Shown piece by piece: positions 35,773 through 45,986 of a stretch of DNA of 64,000 nt. The position numbers and the translations under genes were made by a program. The stretch comes from Candidatus Thorarchaeota archaeon. Its GTDB lineage: Archaea > Asgardarchaeota > Thorarchaeia > Thorarchaeales > Thorarchaeaceae. Location: NCBI GenBank assembly GCA_016933575.1, contig JAFGAR010000081.1, positions 192,001 through 256,000 on the forward strand, in the 5' to 3' direction. Position 1 is the stretch's first letter, and each line of letters starts with the position of its first letter. Below the pieces are notes generated by a model that was not told the origin of the DNA, searched no databases, and saw nothing but the letters and a program-made list of their open reading frames with translations.

Positions 35773-36219
35773 TTACTCCAGCATTTTTTGAATCTTAGAC
35801 AAGTGTCTTGAGTGTTTCACGGCCTTGTCTGAGACTTCATAGACCTGTCCCTTTTCAACGACATAGTGATGTGTCGTAATCTCAGGTGCGAAATGTCGTT
35901 TGATATCTTCGATGCTGTAGTGTAATTGAACACAGTGGGGGCTTCCATCAACAGTAAGTACAGTGACTTCTTTGATGCCCGAGTATTTCACAATGGAACC
36001 AATCTTGAATCCAGCCTGATTAGCATGGGTCTCTTCTAGACAGACATGCAGTACAGCTTGACCTCCATCTCGTTCTGAGAATTCCTTGATGATGTCTGGA
36101 TATCGGTCCATGCAACTGCCAATGAGTAGCAGTCTTCCCTTACTCCGAAGTCTCTGATCTCCAACATTGATTCTCATGAGATGATTCGGTTCACAGCCCT
36201 CTTCATTCACAATTACCAT
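35773..36219 (-). CDS. putative Fe-S/metal-binding protein
   Basis: IGSC, VCLE and TVDGSPHC motifs. Confidence 0.7.
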   Translation of the reverse strand: MVIVNEEGCEPNHLMRINVGDQRLRSKGRLLLIGSCMDRYPDIIKEFSERDGGQAVLHVCLEETHANQAGFKIGSIVKYSGIKEVTVLTVDGSPHCVQLHYSIEDIKRHFAPEITTHHYVVEKGQVYEVSDKAVKHSRHLSKIQKMLE

Positions 36220-37154
36220 TTCCTACGTTTTGGTACTGGTTCCTCCTCTTGAGTCTCAATTCGAGATCTATTGTCTCCAAGAGGTGGTGCCACTCGAGCA
36301 ATAATATCCCCCTCAAAAACATAGTTCATTCTGCTTAGAGACACAATGACACCATCAAATGGTGTTACGATTTCTATCTTATCTTGTATCGTGCCTATGA
36401 TACCACCACTCTGAATATTTTCACCTAGATTGACCTGTGGTATGAAGAAACCCTCTGTGTCAATATTGATGTGTTGCATTCTTCCTGATAGGGTAACTGA
36501 TGTTTCTATTCGCTCCCCTGAGATCATGTCCTTGAGCCGCATGAAGTTCAAGATTGCCTCTCGTACTTCTACTGCCGCCTGCGAGTCCACCTGGTCAATA
36601 TCACCCCTCATCTCAATTGAAACGACAGGAATACCCTCGTGGGCAGCCTCAGTGAGCAGAGAACCCCGCTGCCCCGAACATTGAACTGCATTTGGCAGGG
36701 CTATCTGCGAAGCCAGATTTCTCACATGAATATACTCTCGATGCATCGCTACAATATGGCTGATACAATTCTGCCAGCCTGTTCTCAAGTGTATGATATA
36801 GTCTGCCTGTGATGCTCTTCTCCAGATCTCCCATGCAGTGCGTTCTGTCACTGTTCCATGCTCATCTCCCGGAAAGACAGAATCCAAGTCTTTGGAGTCT
36901 AGGGGTGATACTTTTGCTCCAAGTCGAAAAGCTAGCGGATTGGCTACTGGCAAGATAGTCACCGAACCGTAAATCCTGTCCAAACCCTCAAGATGCTTCA
37001 ATATGAGATAACTTGCATAGACATCAGTAGCTGACCCACCATCCATGGCTGCGATGATTAAGAGGTTAGGTCTCTCTTCCCCAAATGAGTAAAAACCAAG
37101 GGTTGTTCCAGTCTTGGGATCGATGTCCACTGCATCAACTATGGATTTCACCAT
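36213..37154 (-). CDS. succinylglutamate desuccinylase/aspartoacylase (M14) family protein, Zn ligands degenerate
   Basis: PVANPLAF, FPGDEHG.TER and a C-terminal barrel-sandwich domain. Confidence 0.8.
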   Translation of the reverse strand: MVKSIVDAVDIDPKTGTTLGFYSFGEERPNLLIIAAMDGGSATDVYASYLILKHLEGLDRIYGSVTILPVANPLAFRLGAKVSPLDSKDLDSVFPGDEHGTVTERTAWEIWRRASQADYIIHLRTGWQNCISHIVAMHREYIHVRNLASQIALPNAVQCSGQRGSLLTEAAHEGIPVVSIEMRGDIDQVDSQAAVEVREAILNFMRLKDMISGERIETSVTLSGRMQHINIDTEGFFIPQVNLGENIQSGGIIGTIQDKIEIVTPFDGVIVSLSRMNYVFEGDIIARVAPPLGDNRSRIETQEEEPVPKRRKW

Positions 37155-37245
37155 GACAAGACCTTCTATCGACTGATGAGCTATTTGGGTTCTGTGATAA
37201 TATGAAGCGGTGTATGACCTTCAATCGAGTTCCTTTCTATTGTGC

Positions 37246-37944
37246 CTAACAGTTGAAGAGGAACACATCTGTTTTGAAGTTCTTTTCTTTGAACGAGTCA
37301 TGTCTGCTGAGTGCAAATCTACTATTGAGCTGTCTATGAGACCTCTGAAAGATATCTTGATGTCCGCACATCTCAGGATTCCCAATCCATGCTAAGGGAA
37401 TTCCCGATACAGCGATTTCAATGCCAGTCATGGATAGATATGGTTCCCAACTCAGCACGATGAATGAAGGATTGTATTTCCTTATTGCTTCTAGAGCATC
37501 AAGTGTCTCTATCCACTTTGGATAGGCAATACTATACCTACCATCTTTTGCATCCGTTGCAATGACTCTTGTATGGACCTGTGTCTGGAGAAACTCCGTG
37601 AATCTTCCATCACCACTCATCACTTCGAGGATGGTGCCCTCTTTCTCTTTTCTCAGTACATGGTTGATAACAGACACAAGTTCATCAATGAACTCCTTGC
37701 TATATATCTGGAAGAACCAGCGTCCCGCGCAATTAGACCCATTACAATATGATTTGACATCTCCATTTTCTTCGAGCTTCTCGAGGAACGTAAGAACGTC
37801 GCTATAGGGAAGCAAGGTCTCATGGATGTCTGCATATTCATTGTCGGGACACATAGGCACCAAGACCACAATCCAAGGTTGAGAACGAAATATCCCGTTC
37901 AAAATGGTTTCGAACTGAGCTAAAAATGCTCTTGGTATAGCCAA
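37246..37944 (-). CDS. SAM-dependent methyltransferase-like protein (start uncertain)
   Basis: ILEVMSGDG, IATD and VLSW motifs. Confidence 0.65.
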   Translation of the reverse strand: MAIPRAFLAQFETILNGIFRSQPWIVVLVPMCPDNEYADIHETLLPYSDVLTFLEKLEENGDVKSYCNGSNCAGRWFFQIYSKEFIDELVSVINHVLRKEKEGTILEVMSGDGRFTEFLQTQVHTRVIATDAKDGRYSIAYPKWIETLDALEAIRKYNPSFIVLSWEPYLSMTGIEIAVSGIPLAWIGNPEMCGHQDIFQRSHRQLNSRFALSRHDSFKEKNFKTDVFLFNC

Positions 37945-38114
37945 TTCCAGCTAACCATAGCTCTAATAAGCAACCTTAGCCATTCCACACGAAGAGAGTG
38001 AAGCAGGATGGATTGCGTTCTCGATAACTGATGTACCCTCCTTTTGCGAGTCCTTTATAGCGGATACCATCTTGAACTCTTCTAATCCTTCAGTATCAAC
38101 AGAGGTTACTGTAC

Positions 38115-41018
38115 ATGAGTGAATTTGCTAAGATTGAGAAGAAATGGCAGAAGCGTTGGGCAAAGGACAAGATCTTCGAAGCTGATCCAGATCCCAAGCG
38201 GAAGAAGTTCTTCTTGACTGTGCCCTATCCTTATGTTAACGGAGCATTGCATATTGGTCATGGTCGGACATACACCATTGGCGACCTGATAGCTCGATAC
38301 AAACGTATGCAGGGTTTCAATGTTCTATTTCCAATGGCTTCGCATATGACAGGAACCCCAGTCCAAGGTATGGTAGACCGCGTTCTAGCTGGTGACCCTG
38401 ACGCAATAGAGATGTACAAACGCGATTTGCGTCTCTACTTCGATACTGAGGAAAAGGCTGATGCGCAGTTAGCCAAATTCAAGGATGCTGCTACGACTGC
38501 CGCATTTTTTGCCAAGGTAATCTCACAAGATTTTGATGCTCTAGGATATAGTATTGATTGGCGTCGAAGATTTACCACCGGAGATGCTACCTATAACAAG
38601 TTCATAGAATGGCAATATCACAAATTTATGAAAAAAGGATACGTGAAACAAGGTGACTACCCACTCCTATACTGCCCGAAGGATGCAAATCCTGTTGGCG
38701 AAGATGATCTATTGGAGGGTGGTTCTGCAAAGATCAAGGAGTTCACTGCAATCAAATGGCCCTTCAAGGATGGTTACCTAGTAGCTGCTACATTGCGTCC
38801 GGAGACCATCTTTGGAGTGACCAACATGTGGATCAATCCCAAAGCGAAGTACGTCTTGGCATTGGTAGATGGTGAGAAATGGATTATCTCTAAGGCGGCT
38901 GTTGAGAAACTCAAATTGCAGGCCAAGAACGTCGAAGTGTTGGAAACATTTCCTGGGTCTAAGATTATTGGAGAGAACTTCCGAGCAATTCATGATGACC
39001 ACGAGATTCCAATCCTACCTGCAGCCTTCGTAAACCCACACAATGCTACTGGAGTAGTGTACTCTGTTCCTGGACATGCTCCCTTCGACTATATTGCTCT
39101 GAGAGACCTATGGGAGGATCCATCCGGTCTTGAGCAGTATGGAATCTCAGCTGAGGATGTACGGAATATCAAGATTATTGGCATGATTGATATGAAAGGC
39201 TACAGCGAATACCCTGCTAAAGATGCTGTAGAGCGTAGAGGTATCAAATCTCAGAGTGAGGGTGAGAAACTGGAGGCCGCGACTCAAGAGATCTACAAGG
39301 CTGAATTTTATGATGGTGTCATGAAAGACAACTGTGCCCAGTTCTCGGGTCGAATGATCAAAGATGTCAAAGATGATGTTGTGTCCTGGATGAAATCGAT
39401 TAATCGGTCAGATGTCATCTATGAGCCAGATCAACGACCAGTTATCTGTAGATGTGGGACAGAGGTTGAGGTCGGAGTTTTTGCAGGGCAGTGGTTCTTG
39501 GACTACCAGAGTCCTGGGTGGAAAGAATCCGCTTGGAACGCCCTGAATGAAATGAAGATAGTTCCTGACATCTTTCGGAATCTCTTCGAGGCAACTTTTG
39601 AATGGTTGGGACAACGTCCCTGCGCTCGGAAAAGAGGTATTGGAACACGATTACCCTTTGACCCTGATTGGATAATCGAGTCTCTATCAGACTCAACTAT
39701 CTACATGGCATTCTATACTATTGCACATTACATCCGAATGAATAAACTGAAGCCAGAACAATTGAATTTGGACTTCTTTGACTATGTATTCCTAGGAAAA
39801 GGAATCCCTGCAAAGGTGACACAGACCACAGGTATTGATAGCGCTCTATTGAAGATCATGCGTGAAGAGTTCATGTACTGGTATCCAAACGATCAACGTC
39901 ATACTGCGCCTTCACACATATCGAATCACCTGAGCTTTGCCATCTTCCATCATGTTTCGATCTTCCCTGAGAAATACTGGATACAGATGATAAGTATCAG
40001 TGAACATATGAATATGGAAGGGAAGAAGATGAGTAAGAGCAAGGGAAATGTCATTCCTTTGGTGGAGATTCCCGATAAGTATGGTGCAGACATCTTTCGT
40101 ATCTATGTGATTTCAGCAGCAGAACCAGGAACCGTTATGGACTGGAGAGAGAAAGATGTGCCAGCCATGAGAAACCGAGTGCGTCAATTCATCGATATCG
40201 TCTCCAAATATAGCAAATATCCTCCTCAGGTTCCTGCAAAGAAAGACAGACCCACTATGGTCACACAATGGATCTTGTCTAGGGTCAATTCTCTGGTTGC
40301 TGAATGTACTGACATGATTGAGAACTTCAAGCTCAGAGATTATGCAATCCATGCCTCATTAGAGATGGTCCGTGTAGTGAATCATTACCTGAACAGAACG
40401 GGCGTTCCCACGGATGAGCGTAATAGTACAATGGCCTACATCTGTGACATATGGGTTAGAATGATTGCTCCACTAACGCCTCATATCTGCGAAGAACTAT
40501 GGTCGAAGATGGGACATGATACATATGTCTCTCTCAGCACATGGCCAAGACCTGACAAAAAACTGATTGACAGAAACGCTGAGATGGCGCATGAAGTTGT
40601 AGAATCTACAATCAAGGACATACGTGAGATTCGTAAATTGCTCAAAGGCAAGAAGGCGACCAAAGCTCATGTCTATGTTGCCCCTGAGTGGATGTTCAAG
40701 GCAATGAATAGCATTCGAGAGGCGAAGGTCCCAACTATTGTTGGTGATATCATGAAGCATCTCATGTCCAATGAGGACTTCAGAAAACATGGTAAAGATG
40801 TCAAGAACATAGTCGACCGTATCGCAAAAGAAAATGGTCTTTGGGACCACTCAGCTAGTTCCAGGACTGAGATGGCAGCCCTGATCGACTCAGCGAGCCA
40901 CATTGGCTCAGAATTGAAACTAGAGGTGGTTGTTCATAGTTCTGAGAATCCCACGTACGATCCCCAGAACAAAGCACGATTTGCTTTGCCTGGACGTGTT
41001 TCACTCTTCTTAGAATAA
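38115..41018 (+). CDS. leuS: leucyl-tRNA synthetase (archaeal/eukaryal type)
   Basis: PYVNGALHIGH, ATLRPET, ESLSDSTIY and KMSKSKGN motifs. Confidence 0.97.
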   Translation: MSEFAKIEKKWQKRWAKDKIFEADPDPKRKKFFLTVPYPYVNGALHIGHGRTYTIGDLIARYKRMQGFNVLFPMASHMTGTPVQGMVDRVLAGDPDAIEMYKRDLRLYFDTEEKADAQLAKFKDAATTAAFFAKVISQDFDALGYSIDWRRRFTTGDATYNKFIEWQYHKFMKKGYVKQGDYPLLYCPKDANPVGEDDLLEGGSAKIKEFTAIKWPFKDGYLVAATLRPETIFGVTNMWINPKAKYVLALVDGEKWIISKAAVEKLKLQAKNVEVLETFPGSKIIGENFRAIHDDHEIPILPAAFVNPHNATGVVYSVPGHAPFDYIALRDLWEDPSGLEQYGISAEDVRNIKIIGMIDMKGYSEYPAKDAVERRGIKSQSEGEKLEAATQEIYKAEFYDGVMKDNCAQFSGRMIKDVKDDVVSWMKSINRSDVIYEPDQRPVICRCGTEVEVGVFAGQWFLDYQSPGWKESAWNALNEMKIVPDIFRNLFEATFEWLGQRPCARKRGIGTRLPFDPDWIIESLSDSTIYMAFYTIAHYIRMNKLKPEQLNLDFFDYVFLGKGIPAKVTQTTGIDSALLKIMREEFMYWYPNDQRHTAPSHISNHLSFAIFHHVSIFPEKYWIQMISISEHMNMEGKKMSKSKGNVIPLVEIPDKYGADIFRIYVISAAEPGTVMDWREKDVPAMRNRVRQFIDIVSKYSKYPPQVPAKKDRPTMVTQWILSRVNSLVAECTDMIENFKLRDYAIHASLEMVRVVNHYLNRTGVPTDERNSTMAYICDIWVRMIAPLTPHICEELWSKMGHDTYVSLSTWPRPDKKLIDRNAEMAHEVVESTIKDIREIRKLLKGKKATKAHVYVAPEWMFKAMNSIREAKVPTIVGDIMKHLMSNEDFRKHGKDVKNIVDRIAKENGLWDHSASSRTEMAALIDSASHIGSELKLEVVVHSSENPTYDPQNKARFALPGRVSLFLE

Positions 41019-41020
41019 TC

Positions 41021-41056
41021 GGGAGGTCTTCCTCCCTTCCTGTTTCTATTCAGGAA
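41021..41056 (+). terminator. tandem hairpins after leuS
   Basis: GGGAGG-TCTT-CCTCCC, then TTCCTG-N8-CAGGAA. Confidence 0.45.
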
Positions 41057-41197
41057 AAAAGTGCTATCACTGTAGACTATAGATATGCTAAATATTGCTG
41101 ACCTATTACGCAAAAAGAAACTAATATACGCTATTGATTTATATTAGGTTCAAGACGGTCTGATACTTAGATTTGATACGCAAGACCAAATCCCATA

Positions 41198-42502
41198 TTG
41201 GTGAGAAAGATGCAAGACCTACACCTCGTGTTAGACTATGTCATGGCAGTTGCTTTTATTACGTTCTATGGCACAGTCACATGGAGTCTCTTTAGATACT
41301 CCACGCGTAAGATGTATAGGTATTGGGCTTTGGGTTGGGTAGTTTACACTATTGGAGCATTTGTAGGTGTCATTATATCGTCAGATATTCTAGTTATTAC
41401 CGACGTTTTTCCACTTGCTGCAATGTATTGTGGCGGAACTCTAATTGTAGATGGAAGTCTAGGAAAACAATTTACGAGAAAAAGAAGTATAATGTACATT
41501 CTCGGCGTAGCTATACTTCATAGCCTATTGATCATAGGACTCTTTTTCTCATGGCCATTCTATCTTGTTTTCATTCCGCTAGGTCTACAACTGATCAATG
41601 TATGTTTCCGATCTGCAAAGACAGTATACGAAATTGAGGAGCCAGTTGGACAGCCAAAATATTGGTTAATGATCGGCCTGGCCACATGGGGCATTTCATG
41701 GATACTCTTTCCCATTGTCGCAATAATTCCTGAGTTCTATCTTGTGTTCATGGTCATCCAAGCTGTTGGTGTACTTGTATCAGGCGCATCCATGTTGACG
41801 CTGTTTATGAGAACCGTGACATTGGATCTTGAAAGACAACACAGAGTTACTCAAATCATATCTGGACTTGTTCAACATGATATACGAAATTACATTCAAG
41901 TTGCAAAACTCTCTCTGGAACTCATTGATAATCTAGGGATCTCGAATGACCATTGGATAGATGTTGCCTCAGATGCTTTAGATGGCGCAAAGGACTTTGT
42001 TGAAGAGATGCGTAGGATGACCTATATGCTTGCTCGTGAAAAGATCAGATCAGAACCAGTTGTCCTACTAGATGTAATTCAATCTGTAGGGAGTAGGGTG
42101 GTATCCGAGTATTCTCTGAACCCCGATCAAATTAGAGTTCAGGTATCAGAGGACACTAAAGTCCTTACCTGTCCCCTAGCCAAGGAACTCCTTTGGAATA
42201 TTTTTGATAATGCTTTCAAACACAAGAGCGATATCCTGATTGTTAATCAGAGATTCAGAGATAATTCGAGTGTAGATATAGAGATAATCGATCACGGCGG
42301 AGGACTACCAGATGATATGAAGAACTATCTGAATGATCCAATCTCTTTTTCAGAACAGACTGCACCCGGATTGGGTCTCGGAGTCCTACTTATTCAGGGA
42401 TTATCAGCCATGTGTGGAGCTCGAATCCATGTCGAGGATGCAATTGAAGGTTCAATGGTCATTGGAACCAGATATTCATTGACTTTTCGCATAGCCAAGT
42501 AA
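41198..42502 (+). CDS. multi-TM sensor histidine kinase
   Basis: About 7 TM helices, H-box HDIRN, NIFDNA, DHGGG, GLGLG. Confidence 0.88.
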   Translation: MVRKMQDLHLVLDYVMAVAFITFYGTVTWSLFRYSTRKMYRYWALGWVVYTIGAFVGVIISSDILVITDVFPLAAMYCGGTLIVDGSLGKQFTRKRSIMYILGVAILHSLLIIGLFFSWPFYLVFIPLGLQLINVCFRSAKTVYEIEEPVGQPKYWLMIGLATWGISWILFPIVAIIPEFYLVFMVIQAVGVLVSGASMLTLFMRTVTLDLERQHRVTQIISGLVQHDIRNYIQVAKLSLELIDNLGISNDHWIDVASDALDGAKDFVEEMRRMTYMLAREKIRSEPVVLLDVIQSVGSRVVSEYSLNPDQIRVQVSEDTKVLTCPLAKELLWNIFDNAFKHKSDILIVNQRFRDNSSVDIEIIDHGGGLPDDMKNYLNDPISFSEQTAPGLGLGVLLIQGLSAMCGARIHVEDAIEGSMVIGTRYSLTFRIAK

Positions 42503-43819
42503 TCACTTGATTATTGGATCCGGCAATTTTAGGCTCTCATGTGCCTTCTTCTCAAAGATCTGTTTGGCAGCATCCATTAGACTCTTCTCAATACCCGCAA
42601 TATTGTTGTTTGTGGCAACGACCATGTTGACCTTGGTGATGATGCCTCTCTCATCGGTCCAGTAATGATGGAGCAAAGTACCTCTTGGAGCTTCAACACA
42701 ACCGACGCCATCGCCCTTCTTTGGTTGCACATCCGAGAGCTTCACATCAGTACTCACAATGTCTGGATCCTTCAGGAGTCCTTCAATCTCTTCCACAGCC
42801 TGAACAATCTCGATAACACGTGCCCAGTGATAGGCAAAGGTCGCATGAATGGGTCGACCCAATGCATCTCGCATCTCTTGAAGTGCTTCTTGAGCGATAG
42901 GTGTAGCCATCTTATCTGCAACATTGACTCTGGCTAGTGAGTTTGCTCGCCAGATTCCGTCTGGGTATCCTACAGGCAAGTAATAGATATGAGTTGCATA
43001 GCTATGATTGGACACATACTCTCCATAGTACTTACGATAGTCCTTCGGTTTGAAGTCCTCAACAATCTTGCCATCAGGATCCATCACTCTTAGGTTTCCA
43101 TCATAGATCTCTAGGTTCCCTTTGTTGTGCATCCCCAGATAGTATGTCGGAGTGACTGCCAGTTTTGTAATCGGGTCCCAGTAGTCTTCAACCACCTTCT
43201 TTGCAAGGGCAACAGTTTCCATTGTCTGTTCCTTTGCTTTTTCTACACGTTTGAGGAAGAGATCACGCTTTTCTTCAGAGAACGGGTTCAACATTCCTCC
43301 TGGTGTCGAGGTCACTGGATGGATTGCTTTTCCTCCCACTGCAGCAGCCAGATCCTGACCGAACTGCATTACTTCTAGGGCCATCTTACCAACATCTGGT
43401 AGTGCTTTGATGATAGCCACCACGTTGCGGAGAGCAGGGTCTCCAAGGGGTCCAGCGAGAAAGTCCGGAGCTGCTAGGGCAAAGAAATGTAATGCATGAC
43501 TGCTAAACTGCTTCGCATTGATCAGAAGTCTTCTGAGCTTCACAGCTGCTGGCGGCGGAGTCACATTCCACGCTGCTTCCACTGCCTTTGTTGCAGCTAG
43601 ATGGTGTGGTTCTGGGCAGATACCACAGATGCGGGGCGCGATTCGCGGAGCCTCTTCAGCAAAGCGTCCCTCTAGGAACTTCTCGAAGAATCGTGTAGAG
43701 GAAACATTGAACTGAACATCTTTTACCTTACCCGTCTTGGTGAGTTTGATTGTGAGTTCTCCATGCCCCTCAAGTCTTGTCACGGGGGCGATTCTAATGG
43801 TCTTCTCATCATTACTCAT
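42503..43819 (-). CDS. vhuA: group 3c [NiFe]-hydrogenase large subunit lacking the C-terminal DPCxxC motif (VhuA type)
   Basis: TRLEGHG, RICGICPEPH and EAPRGTL motifs; ends ...LPDPIIK*. Confidence 0.9.
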   Translation of the reverse strand: MSNDEKTIRIAPVTRLEGHGELTIKLTKTGKVKDVQFNVSSTRFFEKFLEGRFAEEAPRIAPRICGICPEPHHLAATKAVEAAWNVTPPPAAVKLRRLLINAKQFSSHALHFFALAAPDFLAGPLGDPALRNVVAIIKALPDVGKMALEVMQFGQDLAAAVGGKAIHPVTSTPGGMLNPFSEEKRDLFLKRVEKAKEQTMETVALAKKVVEDYWDPITKLAVTPTYYLGMHNKGNLEIYDGNLRVMDPDGKIVEDFKPKDYRKYYGEYVSNHSYATHIYYLPVGYPDGIWRANSLARVNVADKMATPIAQEALQEMRDALGRPIHATFAYHWARVIEIVQAVEEIEGLLKDPDIVSTDVKLSDVQPKKGDGVGCVEAPRGTLLHHYWTDERGIITKVNMVVATNNNIAGIEKSLMDAAKQIFEKKAHESLKLPDPIIK

Positions 43820-44730
43820 TTCTTCTTCTCACTCCTCTGTTTCTGCCGAATCTTCGAGAGGTATGAAGCCGCATAATCTGTGAAATAGAAGGATCCTAAC
43901 GGGTCTGGGAATGACTTCTCAAGTTGTTCAGGCGTCATGTCAGCAATGGCACCTAGTGCTGAGATGATCTTTGCACCGTGGTCTGCAATACCCGGTGGGG
44001 GTCCAAAGCATCCCTTGCATGGAGTATTCACTGTGGGGCACTGCGCTCCACAGAGCCCAATTGTCGCAAATCCAAGGCAGAGGTATCCCTGGTCAAGAAG
44101 GCAGAGATTGGGATCGATATGACCCTCGTGCGCTCTATGGAATTGCTTGATGTTCTTCTCTTTTCGCTCCTTAGGACACTGGTCACAGACCGTCTTATTG
44201 GGCAGGTCATAGGGTTTTCCTGTAATGAGAGCAGTGAGCGCTTCAGCTGTGTTATCAGGAGTTGGCGGACATCCGGGGAGAATGACTTCGAAAGGTACAA
44301 TGGATGGATTTGGAACGATTTGCTCAGTGAATCCTGGAAGGTTTTCCGTAGGAATTCGAGAGTCAGTGATCGTATCCGCCAAGAGGAACTTTCTCTCAAG
44401 CAGATCCTCAAGGTCCCATTGGTTTCCAAGACCCTGTACTCCACCATAGGCTGAGCATGAGCCCCAGGCCACAAGCACCTTGCTCTTCTCTCTCATCACC
44501 TTGAGGAGATGTTCATCTTCCTTTGTCCGACAGCTCCCTTCAACAAAACCAAAGTGAATGGAGTCCTTTGGCATGCTTTCTAGGTCTGCAAGTTTGTAGT
44601 CTACCACTGCTGGCCAATAGACAATCTCCAGCTGCGGCAGTACATCAAGAAGCCTGAGATGTAAGTCGACAAGGGACTGGTCGCACCCCCAGCAGGAACT
44701 GAGCTGTGCTAGTGCTATTCGCTTGACCAT
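43816..44730 (-). CDS. mvhG: F420-non-reducing hydrogenase small subunit
   Basis: CWGC, GSCS, PGCPP, CLLDQGYLCLG and CKGCFGP motifs. Confidence 0.93.
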   Translation of the reverse strand: MVKRIALAQLSSCWGCDQSLVDLHLRLLDVLPQLEIVYWPAVVDYKLADLESMPKDSIHFGFVEGSCRTKEDEHLLKVMREKSKVLVAWGSCSAYGGVQGLGNQWDLEDLLERKFLLADTITDSRIPTENLPGFTEQIVPNPSIVPFEVILPGCPPTPDNTAEALTALITGKPYDLPNKTVCDQCPKERKEKNIKQFHRAHEGHIDPNLCLLDQGYLCLGFATIGLCGAQCPTVNTPCKGCFGPPPGIADHGAKIISALGAIADMTPEQLEKSFPDPLGSFYFTDYAASYLSKIRQKQRSEKKK

Positions 44731-44732
44731 GA

Positions 44733-45206
44733 TCAGGCACCTCTTGTCACGGGATTTGGACCAAGTTTCTTTACTCTCTCTACCATCTTGGTGATTCCTC
44801 GGGCGAAGACATCACCCTCTGCTGCAGAGGCCCACTGTAGGTGGACTCTCTCTGGCTCAAAACCCGCCTCAGCAAGAAGACTCTTCAATAGCACAAACCT
44901 CGAGCGTAATTTCAGGTTTCCGGATGTATAGTGGCAATCTCCCGGATGACATCCTGAGATGAGCACTCCGTCGGCTCCCTGGTAGAGGGCTTTTAGAATG
45001 AAGGAGATATCGATTCTTCCCGTGCAATTTACTCTAATAATGCGCACATTCGGAGGCATCTGCATTCGGCTTGTCCCTGCGAGGTCTGCCCCGGCATACG
45101 AGCACCAGTTACAGCAGAACGCCACAATCCTGGGTTCAAAGCCTTTCTTTTTGCTCTTAGACTTGGTCTTTGCAGGAGCTGTTGATTTCGGAGTTATTGT
45201 GGTCAA
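44733..45206 (-). CDS. mvhD: hydrogenase iron-sulfur subunit MvhD (Cys form; probable TTG start at 45206)
   Basis: FCCNWCSYAGAD, CTGR, GCHPGDCHY and SAAEG motifs; SD GGAGGT. Confidence 0.94.
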   Translation of the reverse strand: MTTITPKSTAPAKTKSKSKKKGFEPRIVAFCCNWCSYAGADLAGTSRMQMPPNVRIIRVNCTGRIDISFILKALYQGADGVLISGCHPGDCHYTSGNLKLRSRFVLLKSLLAEAGFEPERVHLQWASAAEGDVFARGITKMVERVKKLGPNPVTRGA

Positions 45207-45388
45207 ACATGGACCTCCGTTGAATGACTCGGCCTCATACTCCACCGCTATTAAGCTTCCTGCTTCGGGTTCAGAGAAAATCTTCATTACAGAGGAATGG
45301 CATTCCTTGCAGCAATAAGTGAATATTCGCCCTTAGGGAACATTTATGAAACACTTAGTATTGCAAGAAGTCCATAACCATAGGTGGG

Positions 45389-45631
45389 TTGTCAGTGATC
45401 ATCGCATTCATTATGGCAAAAGTCGAGTCGACAAAGTCACGAAGCATTCTTGAAGAGATACGACATCTGGAAGAAGTTGAGGAAGCATACCTCATCTACG
45501 GAGCTTATGACCTTCTCATCAAGTGTGTGTTCAAGACACCAGAGGCTTTGAGTTCCTTCGTTGTTAATGAACTCCGCAAGGTGGATGGTATCAAGGACAC
45601 AATAACGAACGTGTGCGCATCCTGCGACTAG
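45389..45631 (+). CDS. stand-alone Lrp/AsnC ligand-binding domain protein
   Basis: VEEAYLIYGAYDLLIK...LRKVDGIKDTIT. Confidence 0.88.
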   Translation: MSVIIAFIMAKVESTKSRSILEEIRHLEEVEEAYLIYGAYDLLIKCVFKTPEALSSFVVNELRKVDGIKDTITNVCASCD

Positions 45632-45642
45632 AGGGTCGAACA

Positions 45643-45960
45643 ATGAGTGAAGTCTACAGCCGTAGAATCTACACCTTTACACCACGCTTCGGATATCAGC
45701 TCAATATGCAAGCAGCTGAGATCCGTGCTGCCGTGTTGAATATAGGGCATGAAGTTCTCGGGAATGAATTCGATGCTGAGATTCTCAGTGAGGACGATAA
45801 CACAATTGAGGTCCGATGTTCTGCTGCGACTGGTCAGCTGGTCTACTCCATGGATACGCGATTGATGGTAAAGATAATCAATTTCTGCGAGACTCATAAC
45901 CTTGACTTCTCTGTAGCAGACCTAGAGGTCAAGACTCCAGATATGGATGAGTGGCAATAG
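45643..45960 (+). CDS. hypothetical protein
   Basis: ATG 45643 after SD GAGGG; protein-like ORF. Confidence 0.7.
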   Translation: MSEVYSRRIYTFTPRFGYQLNMQAAEIRAAVLNIGHEVLGNEFDAEILSEDDNTIEVRCSAATGQLVYSMDTRLMVKIINFCETHNLDFSVADLEVKTPDMDEWQ

Positions 45961-45986
45961 TTACCGTTCATTGTAAGGTATACAAT

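Noticed and set aside
45245-45292. SECIS-like ATGA...AA...stem in the mvhD leader
   Set aside because: Pairing is poor, the 3' GA of the quartet is missing (TAAT), and mvhD has no in-frame TGA.
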